Below are positions 30,501 to 44,499 of a stretch of DNA of 64,000 nt, piece after piece. Positions within the stretch are counted from its first letter, which is position 1, and each line of letters starts with the position of its first letter. The notes beneath the pieces are model-generated. The model saw only the letters and a program-made list of their open reading frames with translations, was not told the origin of the DNA and did not search any database. The stretch covers positions 331,390,001 through 331,454,000 of the forward strand of contig OZ024742.1 in the NCBI GenBank assembly GCA_964016885.1, read 5' to 3'. The stretch comes from Eledone cirrhosa (lineage: Eukaryota). A program made the translations under genes and the position numbers.

Positions 30501-30799
30501 AGAGGATTTAGTGGCAGTTGGGGTGAACACTGAACACTGAATATTGAATATTGAAGGTTATTTTTGCAGAAGGGAGGATTTAGTGGCAGTTGGGGTGAAC
30601 ACTGAACACTGAATATTGAAGGTTATTTTTGGCAGAAGAGAGGATTTAGTGGCATTTGGGGTGAACACTGAACACTGAACACTGAATATTGAAGGTTATT
30701 TTTGGCAGAAGAGAGGATTTAGTGGCAGTTGGGGTGAACACTGAACACTGAACACTGAATATTGAAGGTTATTTTTATCAGAAGAGAGGATTTAGTGGC

Positions 30800-33700
30800 A
30801 GTTGGGGTGAACACTGAACACTGAATATTGAAGGTTATTTTTGGCAGAAGAGAGGATTTAGTGGCAGTTTGGGTGAACACTGAATATTGAAGGTTATTTT
30901 TGGCAGAAGAGAGGATTTAGTGGCAGTTGGGGTGAACACTGAAGACTGAATATTGAAGGTTATTTTTGGCAGAAGAGAGGATTTAGTGGCAGTTGGGGTG
31001 AACACTGAACACTGAATATTGAATATTGAAGGTTATTTTTGCAGAAGGGAGGATTTAGTGGCAGTTGGGGTGAACACTGAAGACTGAATATTGAAGGTTA
31101 TTTTTGGCAGAAGAGAGGATTTAGTGGCATTTGGTGTGAACACTGAACACTGAACACTGAATATTGAAGGTTATTTTTGCAGAAGAGAGGATTTAGTGGC
31201 AGTTGGGATGAACACTGAACACTGAATATTGAATATTGAAGGTTATTTTTGCAGAAGAGAGGATTTAGTGGCAGTTGGGGTGAACAATGAACACTGAATA
31301 TTGAATATTGAAGGTTATTTTTGCAGAAGAGAGGATTTAGTGGCAGTTATGGTGAACACTGAACATTGAATTTTGAATATTGAAGGTTATTTTTGGCAGA
31401 AGAGGGGATTTAGTGGCAGTTGGGGTGAACACTGAACAGTGAACACTGAATATTGAAGGTTATTTTTGGCAGAAGAGAGGATTTAGTGGCAGTTGGGATG
31501 AAAACTGAACACTGAATATTGAAGGATATTTTTGGCAGAAGAGAGGATTTAGTGGCAGTTGGGATGAACACTGAACATTGAATATTGAATTTTGAAGGTT
31601 ATTTTTGGCAGAAGAGAGGATTTAGTGGCAGTTGGGGTGAACACTGAACACTGAATATTGAATATTGAAGGTTATTTTTGCAGAAGAGAGGATTTAGTGG
31701 CAGTTGGGGTGAACACTTAACACTGAATATTGAAGGTTATTTTTGGCAGAAGAGAGGATTTAGTGGCATTTGGGGTGAACACTGAACACTGAATATTGAA
31801 GGTTATTTTTGGCAGAAGAGAGGATTTAGTGGCAGTTGGGGTGAACACTGAACATTGAATATTGAAGGTTATTTTTGGCAGACGAGAGGATTTAGTGGCA
31901 ATTGGGGTGAACACTGAACCCTGAACACTGAATATTGAAGGTTATTTTTGGCAGAAGAGAGGATTTAGTGGCAGTTGGGGTGAACACTGAACACTGAACA
32001 CTGAATATTGAAGGTTATTTTTGCAGAAGAGAGGATTTAGTGGCAGTTAGGGTGAACACTGAACAATGAACACTGAACACTGAATATTGAAGGTTATTTT
32101 TGTCAGAAGAGAGGATTTAGTGGCAGAAGAGAGGATTTAGTGGCAGTTGGGGTGAACACTGAACACTGAACACTGAATATTGAAGGTTATTTTTGTCAGA
32201 AGAGAGGATTTAGTGGCAGTTGGGGTGAACACTGAACACTGAATATTGAAGGTTATTTTTGGCAGAAGAGAGGATTTAGTGGCAGTTTGGGTGAACACTG
32301 AATATTGAAGGTTATTTTTGGCAGAAGAGAGGAATTAGTGGCAGTTGGGGTGAACACTGAAGACTGAATATTGAAGGTTATTTTTGCAGAAGGGAGGATT
32401 TAGTGGCAGTTGGGGTGAACACTGAACACTGAATATTGAATATTGAAGGTTATTTTTGCAGAAGAGAGGATTTAGTGGCAGTTGGGGTTAACACTGAACA
32501 CTGAATATTGAATATTGAAGCTTATTATTGCAGAAGAGAGGATTTAGTTGCAGTTGGGATGAACACTGAACACTGAATATTGAATATTGAAGGTTATTTT
32601 TGCAGAAGAGAGGATTTAGTGGCAGTTGGGGTGAACACTGAACACTGAATATTGAATATTGAAGGTTATTTTTGCAGAAGAGAGGATTTAGTGGCAGTTA
32701 AGGTGAACACTGAACATTGAATTTTGAATTTTGAAGGTTATTTTTGGCAGAAGAGAGGATTTAGTGGCAGTTGGGGTGAACAATGAACAGTGAACACTGA
32801 ATATTGAAGGTTATTTTTGGCAGAAGAGAGGATTTTGTGGCAGTTGGGGTGAAAACTGAACACTGAATATTGAAGGATATTTTTGGCAGAAGAGAGGATT
32901 TAGTGGCAGTTGGGATGAACACTGAACATTGAATATTGAATTTTGAAGGTTATTTTTGGCAGAAGAGAGGATTTAGTGGCAGTTGGGGTGAACACTGAAC
33001 ACTGAATATTGAATATTGTAGGTTATTTTTGCAGAAGAGAGGATTTAGTGGCAGTTGGGGTGAACACTGAACACTGAATATTGAAGGTTATTTTTGGCAG
33101 AAGAGAGGATTTAGTGGCATTTGGGGTGAACACTGAACACTGAACACTTAATATTGAAGGTTATTTTTGGCAGAAGAGAGGATTTAGTGGCAGTTGGGGT
33201 GAACACTGAACACTGAATATTAAAGGTTATTTTTCCAGAAGAGAGGATTTAGTGGCCGTTGCGGTGAACACTAAACACTGAATATTGAATATTGAAGGTT
33301 ATTTTTGCAGAAGAGAGGATTTAGTGGCAGTTGGGGTGAACACTGAACACTGAATATTGAAGGTTATTTTTGGCAGAAGAGAGGATTTAGTGGCATTTGG
33401 GGGTGAACACTAAACACTGATCACTGAACACTGAATATTGAAGGTTATTTTTGGCAGAAGAGAGGATTTAGTGGCAGTTGGGGTGAACACTGAACACTGA
33501 ACACTGAATATTGAAGGTTATTTTTGTCAGAAGAGAGGATTTAGTGGCAGTTGGGGTGAACACTGAACACTGAATATTGAAGGTTATTTTTGGCAGAAGA
33601 GAGGATTTAGTGGCAGTTTGGGTGAACACTGAATATTGAAGGTTATTTTTGGCAGAAGAGAGGATTTAGTGGCAGTTGGGGTGAACACTGAACACTGAAT

Positions 33701-36700
33701 ATTGAAGGTTATTTTTGGCAGAAGAGAGGATTTAGTGGCAGTTGGGGTGAACACTGAACACTGAACACTGAATATTGAAGGTTATTTTTGGCAGAAGAGA
33801 GGATTTAGTGGCAGTTGGGGTGAACACTGAACATTGAACACTGAATATTGAAGGTTATTTTTGGCAGAAGAGAGGATTTAGTGGCAGTTGGGGTGAACAC
33901 TGAACACTGAATATTGAATATTGAAGGTTATTTTTGCAGAAGAGAAGATTTAGTGGCAGTTGGGGTGAACACTGAACACTGAATATTGAAGGTTATTTTT
34001 GGCAGAAGAGAGGATTTAGTGGCCGTTGCGGTGAACACTGAACACTGAATATTGAATATTGAAGGTTATTTTTGCAGAAGACAGGATTTAGTGGCCGTTG
34101 CGGGAAACACTGAACACTGAATATTGAATATTGAAGGTTATTTTTGCAGAAGAGAGGATTTAGTGGCAATTGGGGTGAACACTGAACACTGAATATTGAA
34201 GGTTATTTTTGGCAGAAGAGAGGATTTAGTGGCAGTTGGGGTGAACACTGAACACTGAACACTGAATATTGAAGGTTATTTTTGTCAGAAGAGAGGATTT
34301 AGTGGCAGTTGGGGTGAACACTGAACACTGAATATTGAAGGTTATTTTTGGCAGAAGAGAGGATTTAGTGGCAGTTTGGGTGAACACTGATTATTGAAGG
34401 TTATTTTTGGCAGAAGAGAGGATTTAGTGGCAGTTGGGGTGAACACTGAACACTGAATATTGAAGGTTATTTTTGGCAGAAGAGAGGGTTTAGTGGCAGT
34501 TGGGGTGAACACTGAACAGTGAACACTGAATATTGAAGGTTATTTTTGTCAGAAGAGAGGATTTAGTGGCAGTTGGGGTGAACACTGAACACTGAATATT
34601 GAAGGTTATTTTTGGCAGAAGAGAGGATTTAGTGGCAGTTTGGGTGAACACTGAATATTGAAGGTTATTTTTGGCAGAAGAGAGGATTTAGTGGCAGTTG
34701 GGGTGAACACTGAACACTGAATATTGAAGGTTATTTTTGGCAGAAGAGAGGATTTAGTGGCAGTTGGGGTGAACACTTAACACTGAACACTGAATATTGA
34801 AGGTTATTTTTGGCAGAAGAGAGGATTTAGTGGCAGTTGGGGTGAACACTGAACATTGAACACTGAATATTGAAGGTTATTTTTGGCAGAAGAGAGGATT
34901 TAGTGGCAGTTGGGGTGAACACTGAACACTGAATATTGAATATTGAAGGTTATTTTTGCAGAAGAGAAGATTTAGTGGCAGTTGGGGTGAACACTGAACA
35001 CTGAATATTGAAGGTTATTTTTGGCAGAAGAGAGGATTTAGTGGCCGTTGCGGTGAACACTGAACACTGAATATTGAATATTGAAGGTTATTTTTGCAGA
35101 AGACAGGATTTAGTGGCCGTTGCGGGAAACACTGAACACTGAATATTGAATATTGAAGGTTATTTTTGCAGAAGAGAGGATTTAGTGGCAATTGGGGTGA
35201 ACACTGAACACTGAATATTGAAGGTTATTTTTGGCAGAAGAGAGGATTTAGTGGCAGTTGGGGTGAACACTGAACACTGAATATTGAAGGTTATTTTTGG
35301 CAGAAGAGAGGATTTAGTGGCAGTTTGGGTGAACACTGAATATTGAAGGTTATTTTTGGCAGAAGAGAGGATTTAGTGGCAGTTGGGGTGAACACTGAAC
35401 ACTGAATATTGAAGGTTATTTTTGGCAGAAGAGAGGATTTAGTGGCAGTTGGGGTGAACACTGAACACTGAATATTGAATATTGAAGGTTATTTTTGCAG
35501 AAGGGAGGATTTAGTGGCAGTTGGGGGTGAACACTGAACACTGAATATTGAAGGTTATTTTTGGCAGAAGAGAGGATTTAGTGGCATTTGGGGTGAACAC
35601 TGAATACTGAACACTGAATATTGAAGGTTATTTTTGGCAGAAGAGAGGATTTAGTGGCAGTTGGGGTGAACACTGAACACTGAATATTGAAGGTTATTTT
35701 TGGCAGAAGAGAGGATTTAGTGGCAGTTTGGGTGAACACTGAATATTGAAGGTTATTTTTGGCAGAATAGAGGATTTAGTGGCAGTTGGGGTGAACACTG
35801 AAGACTGTATATTGAAGGTTATTTTTGGCAGAAGAGAGGATTTAGTGGCAGTTGGGGTGAACACTGAACACTGAATATTGAATATTGAAGGTTATTTTTG
35901 CAGAAGGGAGGATTTAGTGGCAGTTGGGGTGAACACTGAAGACTGAATATTGAAGGTTATTTTTGGCAGAAGAGAGGATTTAGTGGCATTTGGGGTGAAC
36001 ACTGAACACTGAACACTGAATATTGAAGGTTATTTTTGCAGAAGAGAGGATTTAGTGGCAGTTGGGATGAACACTGAACACTGAATATTGAATATTGAAG
36101 GTTATTTTTGCAGAAGAGAGGATTTAGTGGCAGTTGGGGTGAACAATGAACACTGAATATTGAATATTGAAGGTTATTTTTGCAGAAGAGAGGATTTAGT
36201 GGCAGTTATGGTGAACACTGAACATTGAATTTTGAATATTGAAGGTTATTTTTGGCAGAAGAGGGGATTTAGTGGCAGTTGGGGTGAACACTGAACAGTG
36301 AACACTGAATATTGAAGGTTATTTTTGGCAGAAGAGAGGATTTAGTGGCAGTTGGGATGAAAACTGAACACTGAATATTGAAGGATATTTTTGGCAGAAG
36401 AGAGGATTTAGTGGCAGTTGGGATGAACACTGAACATTGAATATTGAATTTTGAAGGTTATTTTTGGCAGAAGAGAGGATTTAGTGGCAGTTGGGGTGAA
36501 CACTGAACACTGAATATTGAATATTGAAGGTTATTTTTGCAGAAGAGAGGATTTAGTGGCAGTTGGGGTGAACACTTAACACTGAATATTGAAGGTTATT
36601 TTTGGCAGAAGAGAGGATTTAGTGGCATTTGGGGTGAACACTGAACACTGAATATTGAAGGTTATTTTTGGCAGAAGAGAGGATTTAGTGGCAGTTGGGG

Positions 36701-39700
36701 TGAACACTGAACATTGAATATTGAAGGTTATTTTTGGCAGACGAGAGGATTTAGTGGCAATTGGGGTGAACACTGAACCCTGAACACTGAATATTGAAGG
36801 TTATTTTTGGCAGAAGAGAGGATTTAGTGGCAGTTGGGGTGAACACTGAACACTGAACACTGAATATTGAAGGTTATTTTTGCAGAAGAGAGGATTTAGT
36901 GGCAGTTAGGGTGAACACTGAACAATGAACACTGAATATTGAAGGTTATTTTTGGCAGAAGAGAGGATTTAGTGGCAGTTGGGGTGAACACTGAACACTG
37001 AATATTGAATATTGAAGGTTATTTTTGCAGAAGATAGGATTTATTGGCAGTTGGGGTGAACACTGAACACTGAATATTGAAGGTTATTTTTGGCAGAAGA
37101 GAGGATTTAGTGGCAGTTGGGGTGAAAACTGAACACTGAATATTGAAGGATATTTTGGCAGAAGAGAGGATTTAGTGGCAGTTGGGATGAACACTGAACA
37201 CTGAACACTGAATATTGAAGGTTATTTATGGCAGAAGAGAGTATTTAGTGGCATTTGGGGTGAACACTGAACACTGAACACTGAATATTGAAGGTTATTT
37301 TTGGCAGAAGAGAGGATTTAGTGGCATTTGGGGTGAACACTAAACACTGATCACTGAACACTGAATATTGAAGGTTATTTTTGTCAGAAGAGAGGATTTA
37401 GTGGCAGAAGAGAGGATTTAGTGGCAGTTGGGGTGAACACTGAACACTGAACACTGAATATTGAAGGTTATTTTTGTCAGAAGAGAGGATTTAGTGGCAG
37501 TTGGGGTGAACACTGAACACTGAATATTGAAGGTTATTTTTGGCAGAAGAGAGGATTTAGTGGCAGTTTGGGTGAACACTGAATATTGAAGGTTATTTTT
37601 GGCAGAAGAGAGGAATTAGTGGCAGTTGGGGTGAACACTGAACACTGAATATTGAAGGTTATTTTTGGCAGAAGAGAGGATTTAGTGGCAGTTGGGGTGA
37701 ATACTGAACACTGAATATTGAATATTGAAGGTTATTTTTGCAGAAGGGAGGATTTAGTGGCAGTTGGGATGAACACTGAACACTGAATATTGAATATTGA
37801 AGGTTATTTTTGCAGAAGAGAGGATTTAGTGGCAGTTGGGGTTAACACTGAACACTGAATATTGAATATTGAAGCTTATTATTGCAGAAGAGAGGATTTA
37901 GTGGCAGTTGGGATGAACACTGAACACTGAATATTGAAAATTGAAGGTTATTTTTGCAGAAGAGAGGATTTAGTGGCAGTTGGGGTGAACACTGAACACT
38001 GAATATTGAATATTGAAGGTTATTTTTGCAGAAGAGAGGATTTAGTGGCAGTTAAGGTGAACACTGAACATTGAATTTTGAATTTTGAAGGTTATTTTTG
38101 GCAGAAGAGAGGATTTAGTGGCAGTTGGGGTGAACACTGAACAGTGAACACTGAATATTGAAGGTTATTTTTGGCAGAAGAGAGGATTTTGTGGCAGTTG
38201 GGGTGAAAACTGAACACTGAATATTGAAGGATATTTTTGGCAGAAGAGAGGATTTAGTGGCAGTTGGGATGAACACTGAACATTGAATATTGAATTTTGA
38301 AGGTTATTTTTGGCAGAAGAGAGGATTTAGTGGCAGTTGGGGTGAACACTGAACACTGAATATTGAATATTGTAGGTTATTTTTGCAGAAGAGAGGATTT
38401 AGTGGCAGTTGGGGTGAACACTGAACACTGAATATTGAAGGTTATTTTTGGCAGAAGAGAGGATTTAGTGGCATTTGGGGTGAACACTGAACACTGAACA
38501 CTTAATATTGAAGGTTATTTTTGGCAGAAGAGAGGATTTAGTGGCAGTTGGGGTGAACACTGAACACTGAATATTAAAGGTTATTTTTCCAGAAGAGAGG
38601 ATTTAGTGGCCGTTGCGGTGAACACTAAACACTGAATATTGAATATTGAAGGTTATTTTTGCAGAAGAGAGGATTTAGTGGCAGTTGGGGTGAACACTGA
38701 ACACTGAATATTGAAGGTTATTTTTGGCAGAAGAGAGGATTTAGTGGCATTTGGGGGTGAACACTAAACACTGATCACTGAACACTGAATATTGAAGGTT
38801 ATTTTTGGCAGAAGAGAGGATTTAGTGGCAGTTGGGGTGAACACTGAACACTGAACACTGAATATTGAAGGTTATTTTTGTCAGAAGAGAGGATTTAGTG
38901 GCAGTTGGGGTGAACACTGAACACTGAATATTGAAGGTTATTTTTGGCAGAAGAGAGGATTTAGTGGCAGTTGGGGTGAACACTGAACACTGAATATTGA
39001 ATATTGAAGGTTATTTTTGCAGAAGAGAAGATTTAGTGGCAGTTGGGGTGAACACTGAACACTGAATATTGAAGGTTATTTTTGGCAGAAGAGAGGATTT
39101 AGTGGCCGTTGCGGTGAACACTGAACACTGAATATTGAATATTGAAGGTTATTTTTGCAGAAGACAGGATTTAGTGGCCGTTGCGGGAAACACTGAACAC
39201 TGAATATTGAATATTGAAGGTTATTTTTGCAGAAGAGAGGATTTAGTGGCAATTGGGGTGAACACTGAACACTGAATATTGAAGGTTATTTTTGGCAGAA
39301 GAGAGGATTTAGTGGCAGTTGGGGTGAACACTGAACACTGAACACTGAATATTGAAGGTTATTTTTGTCAGAAGAGAGGATTTAGTGGCAGTTGGGGTGA
39401 ACACTGAACACTGAATATTGAAGGTTATTTTTGGCAGAAGAGAGGATTTAGTGGCAGTTTGGGTGAACACTGATTATTGAAGGTTATTTTTGGCAGAAGA
39501 GAGGATTTAGTGGCAGTTGGGGTGAACACTGAACACTGAATATTGAAGGTTATTTTTGGCAGAAGAGAGGATTTAGTGGCAGTTGGGGTGAACACTGAAC
39601 AGTGAACACTGAATATTGAAGGTTATTTTTGTCAGAAGAGAGGATTTAGTGGCAGTTGGGGTGAACACTGAACACTGAATTTTGAAGGTTATTTTTGGCA

Positions 39701-40900
39701 GAAGAGAGGATTTAGTGGCAGTTTGGGTGAACACTGAATATTGAAGGTTATTTTTGGCAGAAGAGAGGATTTAGTGGCAGTTGGGGTGAACACTGAACAC
39801 TGAATATTGAAGGTTATTTTTGGCAGAAGAGAGGATTTAGTGGCAGTTGGGGTGAACACTTAACACTGAACACTGAATATTGAAGGTTATTTTTGGCAGA
39901 AGAGAGGATTTAGTGGCAGTTGGGGTGAACACTGAACATTGAACACTGAATATTGAAGGTTATTTTTGGCAGAAGAGAGGATTTAGTGGCAGTTGGGGTG
40001 AACACTGAACACTGAATATTGAATATTGAAGGTTATTTTTGCAGAAGAGAAGATTTAGTGGCAGTTGGGGTGAACACTGAACACTGAATATTGAAGGTTA
40101 TTTTTGGCAGAAGAGAGGATTTAGTGGCCGTTGCGGTGAACACTGAACACTGAATATTGAATATTGAAGGTTATTTTTGCAGAAGACAGGATTTAGTGGC
40201 CGTTGCGGGAAACACTGAACACTGAATATTGAATATTGAAGGTTATTTTTGCAGAAGAGAGGATTTAGTGGCAATTGGGGTGAACACTGAACACTGAATA
40301 TTGAAGGTTATTTTTGGCAGAAGAGAGGATTTAGTGGCAGTTGGGGTGAACACTGAACACTGAATATTGAAGGTTATTTTTGGCAGAAGAGAGGATTTAG
40401 TGGCAGTTTGGGTGAACACTGAATATTGAAGGTTATTTTTGGCAGAAGAGAGGATTTAGTGGCAGTTGGGGTGAACACTGAACACTGAATATTGAAGGTT
40501 ATTTTTGGCAGAAGAGAGGATTTAGTGGCAGTTGGGGTGAACACTGAACACTGAATATTGAATATTGAAGGTTATTTTTGCAGAAGGGAGGATTTAGTGG
40601 CAGTTGGGGGTGAACACTGAACACTGAATATTGAAGGTTATTTTTGGCAGAAGAGAGGATTTAGTGGCATTTGGGGTGAACACTGAATACTGAACACTGA
40701 ATATTGAAGGTTATTTTTGGCAGAAGAGAGGATTTAGTGGCAGTTGGGGTGAACACTGAACACTGAATATTGAAGGTTATTTTTGGCAGAAGAGAGGATT
40801 TAGTGGCAGTTTGGGTGAACACTGAATATTGAAGGTTATTTTTGGCAGAAGAGAGGATTTAGTGGCAGTTGGGGTGAACACTGAAGACTGAATATTGAAG
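30800..40900. repeat. ~5-kb tandem segmental duplication within the array (offset 4859-5354 bp because of internal monomer indels)
   Basis: Rare markers are shared in pairs: identical ORF hits 31717/36576, 20-bp internal duplication 32104/37385, AAGCTTATTATT 32518/37872, TGTAGG 33017/38371, and TGATTATT ~34388/~39471. Confidence 0.9.
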
Positions 40901-43900
40901 GTTATTTTTGGCAGAAGAGAGGATTTAGTGGCAGTTGGGGTGAACACTGAACACTGAACACTGAATATTGAAGGTTATTTTTGGCAGAAGAGAGGATTTA
41001 GTGGCAGTTGGGGTGAACACTGAAGATTGAACACTGAATATTGAAGGTTATTTTTGGCAGAAGAGAGGATTTAGTGGCAGTTGGGGTGAACACTGTACAC
41101 TGAATATTGAATATTGAAGGTTATTTTTGCAGAAGAGAAGATTTAGTGGCAGTTGGGGTGAACACTGAACACTGAATATTGAAGGTTATTTTTGGCAGAA
41201 GAGAGGATTTAGTGGCCGTTGCGGTGAACACTGAACACTGAATATTGAATATTGAAGGTTATTTTTGCAGAAGACAGGATTTAGTGGCCGTTGCGGGAAA
41301 CACTGAACACTGAATATTGAATATTGAAGGTTATTTTTGCAGAAGAGAGGATTTAGTGGCAATTGGGGTGAACACTGAACACTGAATATTGAAGGTTATT
41401 TTTGGCAGAAGAGAGGATTTAGTGGCAGTTGGGGTGAACACTGAACACTGAACACTGAATATTGAAGGTTATTTTTGTCAGAAGAGAGGATTTAGTGGCA
41501 GTTGGGGTGAACACTGAACACTGAATATTGAAGGTTATTTTTGGCAGAAGAGAGGATTTAGTGGCAGTTTGGGTGAACACTGAATATTGAAGGTTATTTT
41601 TGGCAGAAGAGAGGATTTAGTGGCAGTTGGGGTGAACACTGAACACTGAATATTGAAGGTTATTTTTGGCAGAAGAGAGGATTTAGTGGCAGTTGGGGTG
41701 AACACTGAACACTGAATATTGAATATTGAAGGTTATTTTTGCAGAAGGGAGGATTTAGTGGCAGTTGGGGGTGAACACTGAACACTGAATATTGAAGGTT
41801 ATTTTTGGCAGAAGAGAGGATTTAGTGGCATTTGGGGTGAACACTGAATACTGAACACTGAATATTGAAGGTTATTTTTGGCAGAAGAGAGGATTTAGTG
41901 GCAGTTGGGGTGAACACTGAACACTGAATATTGAAGGTTATTTTTGGCAGAAGAGAGGATTTAGTGGCAGTTTGGGTGAACACTGAATATTGAAGGTTAT
42001 TTTTGGCAGAAGAGAGGATTTAGTGGCAGTTGGGGTGAACACTGAAGACTGAATATTGAAGGTTATTTTTGGCAGAAGAGAGGATTTAGTGGCAGTTGGG
42101 GTGAACACTGAACACTGAATATTGAATATTGAAGGTTATTTTTGCAGAAGGGAGGATTTAGTGGCAGTTGGGGTGAACACTGAACACTGAATATTGAAGG
42201 TTATTTTTGGCAGAAGAGAGGATTTAGTGGCATTTGGGGTGAACACTGAACACTGAACACTGAATATTGAAGGTTATTTTTGGCAGAAGAGAGGATTTAG
42301 TGGCAGTTGGGGTGAACACTGAACACTGAATATTGAATATTGAAGGTTATTTTTGCAGAAGAGAGGATTTAGTGGCAGTTGGGGTGAACACTGAACACTG
42401 AATATTGAATATTGAAGGTTATTTTTGCAGAAGAGAGGATTTAGTGGCAGTTGGGGTTAATACTGAACACTGAATATTGAATATTGAAGGTTATTTTTGC
42501 AGAAGAGAGGATTTAGTGGCAGTTGGGATGAACACTGAACACTGAATATTGAATATTGAAGGTTATTTTTGCAGAAGAGAGGATTTAGTGGCAGTTGGGG
42601 TGAACAATGAACACTGAATATTGAATATTGAAGGTTATTTTTGCAGAAGAGAGGATTTAGTGGCAGTTAAGGTGAACACTGAACATTGAATTTTGAATAT
42701 TGAAGGTTATTTTTGGCAGAAGAGAGGATTTAGTGGCAGTTGGGGTGAACACTGAACAGTGAACACTGAATATTGAAGGTTATTTTTGGCAGAAGAGAGG
42801 ATTTAGTGGCAGTTGGGGTGAAAACTGAACACTGAATATTGAAGGATATTTTTGGCAGAAGAGAGGATTTAGTGGCAGTTGGGATGAACACTGAACATTG
42901 AATATTGAATTTTGAAGGTTATTTTTGGCAGAAGAGAGGATTTAGTGGCAGTTGGGGTGAACACTGAACACTGAATATTGAATATTGAAGGTTATTTTTG
43001 CAGAAGAGAGGATTTAGTGGCAGTTGGGGTGAACACTTGACACTGAATATTGAAGGTTATTTTTGGCAGAAGAGAGGATTTAGTGGCATTTGGGGTGAAC
43101 ACTGAACACTGAACACTGAATATTGAAGGTTATTTTTGGCAGAAGAGAGGATTTAGTGGCAGTTGGGGTGAACACTGAACATTGAATATTGAAGGTTATT
43201 TTTGGCAGACGAGAGGATTTAGTGGCAATTGGGGTGAACACTGAACCCTGAACACTGAATATTGAAGGTTATTTTTGGCAGAAGAGAGGATTTAGTGGCA
43301 GTTGGGGTGAACACTGAACACTGAACACTGAATATTGAAGGTTATTTTTGCAGAAGAGAGGATTTAGTGGCAGTTAGGGTGAACACTGAACAATGAACAC
43401 TGAATATTGAAGGTTATTTTTGGCAGAAGAGAGGATTTAGTGGCAGTTGGGGTGAACACTGAACACTGAATATTGAATATTGAAGGTTATTTTTGCAGAA
43501 GAGAGGATTTATTGGCAGTTGGGGTGAACAGTGAACACTGAATATTGAAGGTTATTTTTGGCAGAAGAGAGGATTTAGTGGCAGTTGGGGTGAAAACTGA
43601 ACACTGAATATTGAAGGATATTTTGGCAGAAGAGAGGATTTAGTGGCAGTTGGGGTGAACACTGAACACTGAATATTGAATATTGAAGGTTATTTTTGCA
43701 GAAGAGAGGATTTATTGGCAGTTGGGGTGAACACTGAACACTGAATATTGAAGGTTATTTTTGGCAGAAGAGAGGATTTAGTGGCAGTTGGGGTGAACAC
43801 TGAACACTTGACACTGAATATTGAAGGTTATTTTTGGCAGAAGAGAAGATTTAGTGGCAGTTTGGGTGAACACTGAATACTGAACACTGAATATTGAAGG

Positions 43901-44499
43901 TTATTTTTGCAGAAGAGAGGATTTAGTGGCAGTGGGGGTGAAAACTGAACACTGAATATTTAAGGTTATTTTTGGCAGAAGAGAGGATTTAGTGGCAGTT
44001 GGGGTGAAAACTGAACACTGAATATTGAAGGATATTTTGGCAGAAGAGAGGATTTAGTGGCAGTTGGGATGAACACTGATCACTGAACACTGAATATTGA
44101 AGGTTATTTTTGGCAGAAGAGAGGATTTAGTGTTAGTTGGGGTGAACACTGAACACTGAACACTGAATATTGAAGGTTATTTTTGTCAGAAGAGAGGATT
44201 TAGTGGCAGTTGGGGTGAACACTGAAGACTGAATATTGAAGGTTATTTTTGGCAGAAGAGAGGATTTAGTGGCAGTTGGGGTGAACACTGAACACTGAAT
44301 ATTGAATATTGAAGGTTATTTTTGCAGAAGGGAGGATTTAGTGGCAGTTGGGGTGAACACTGAACACTGAATATTGAAGGTTATTTTTGGCAGAAGAGAG
44401 GATTTAGTGGCATTTGGGGTGAACACTGAACACTGAACACTGAATATTGAAGGTTATTTTTGGCAGAAGAGAGGATTTAGTGGCAGTTGGGGTGAACAC

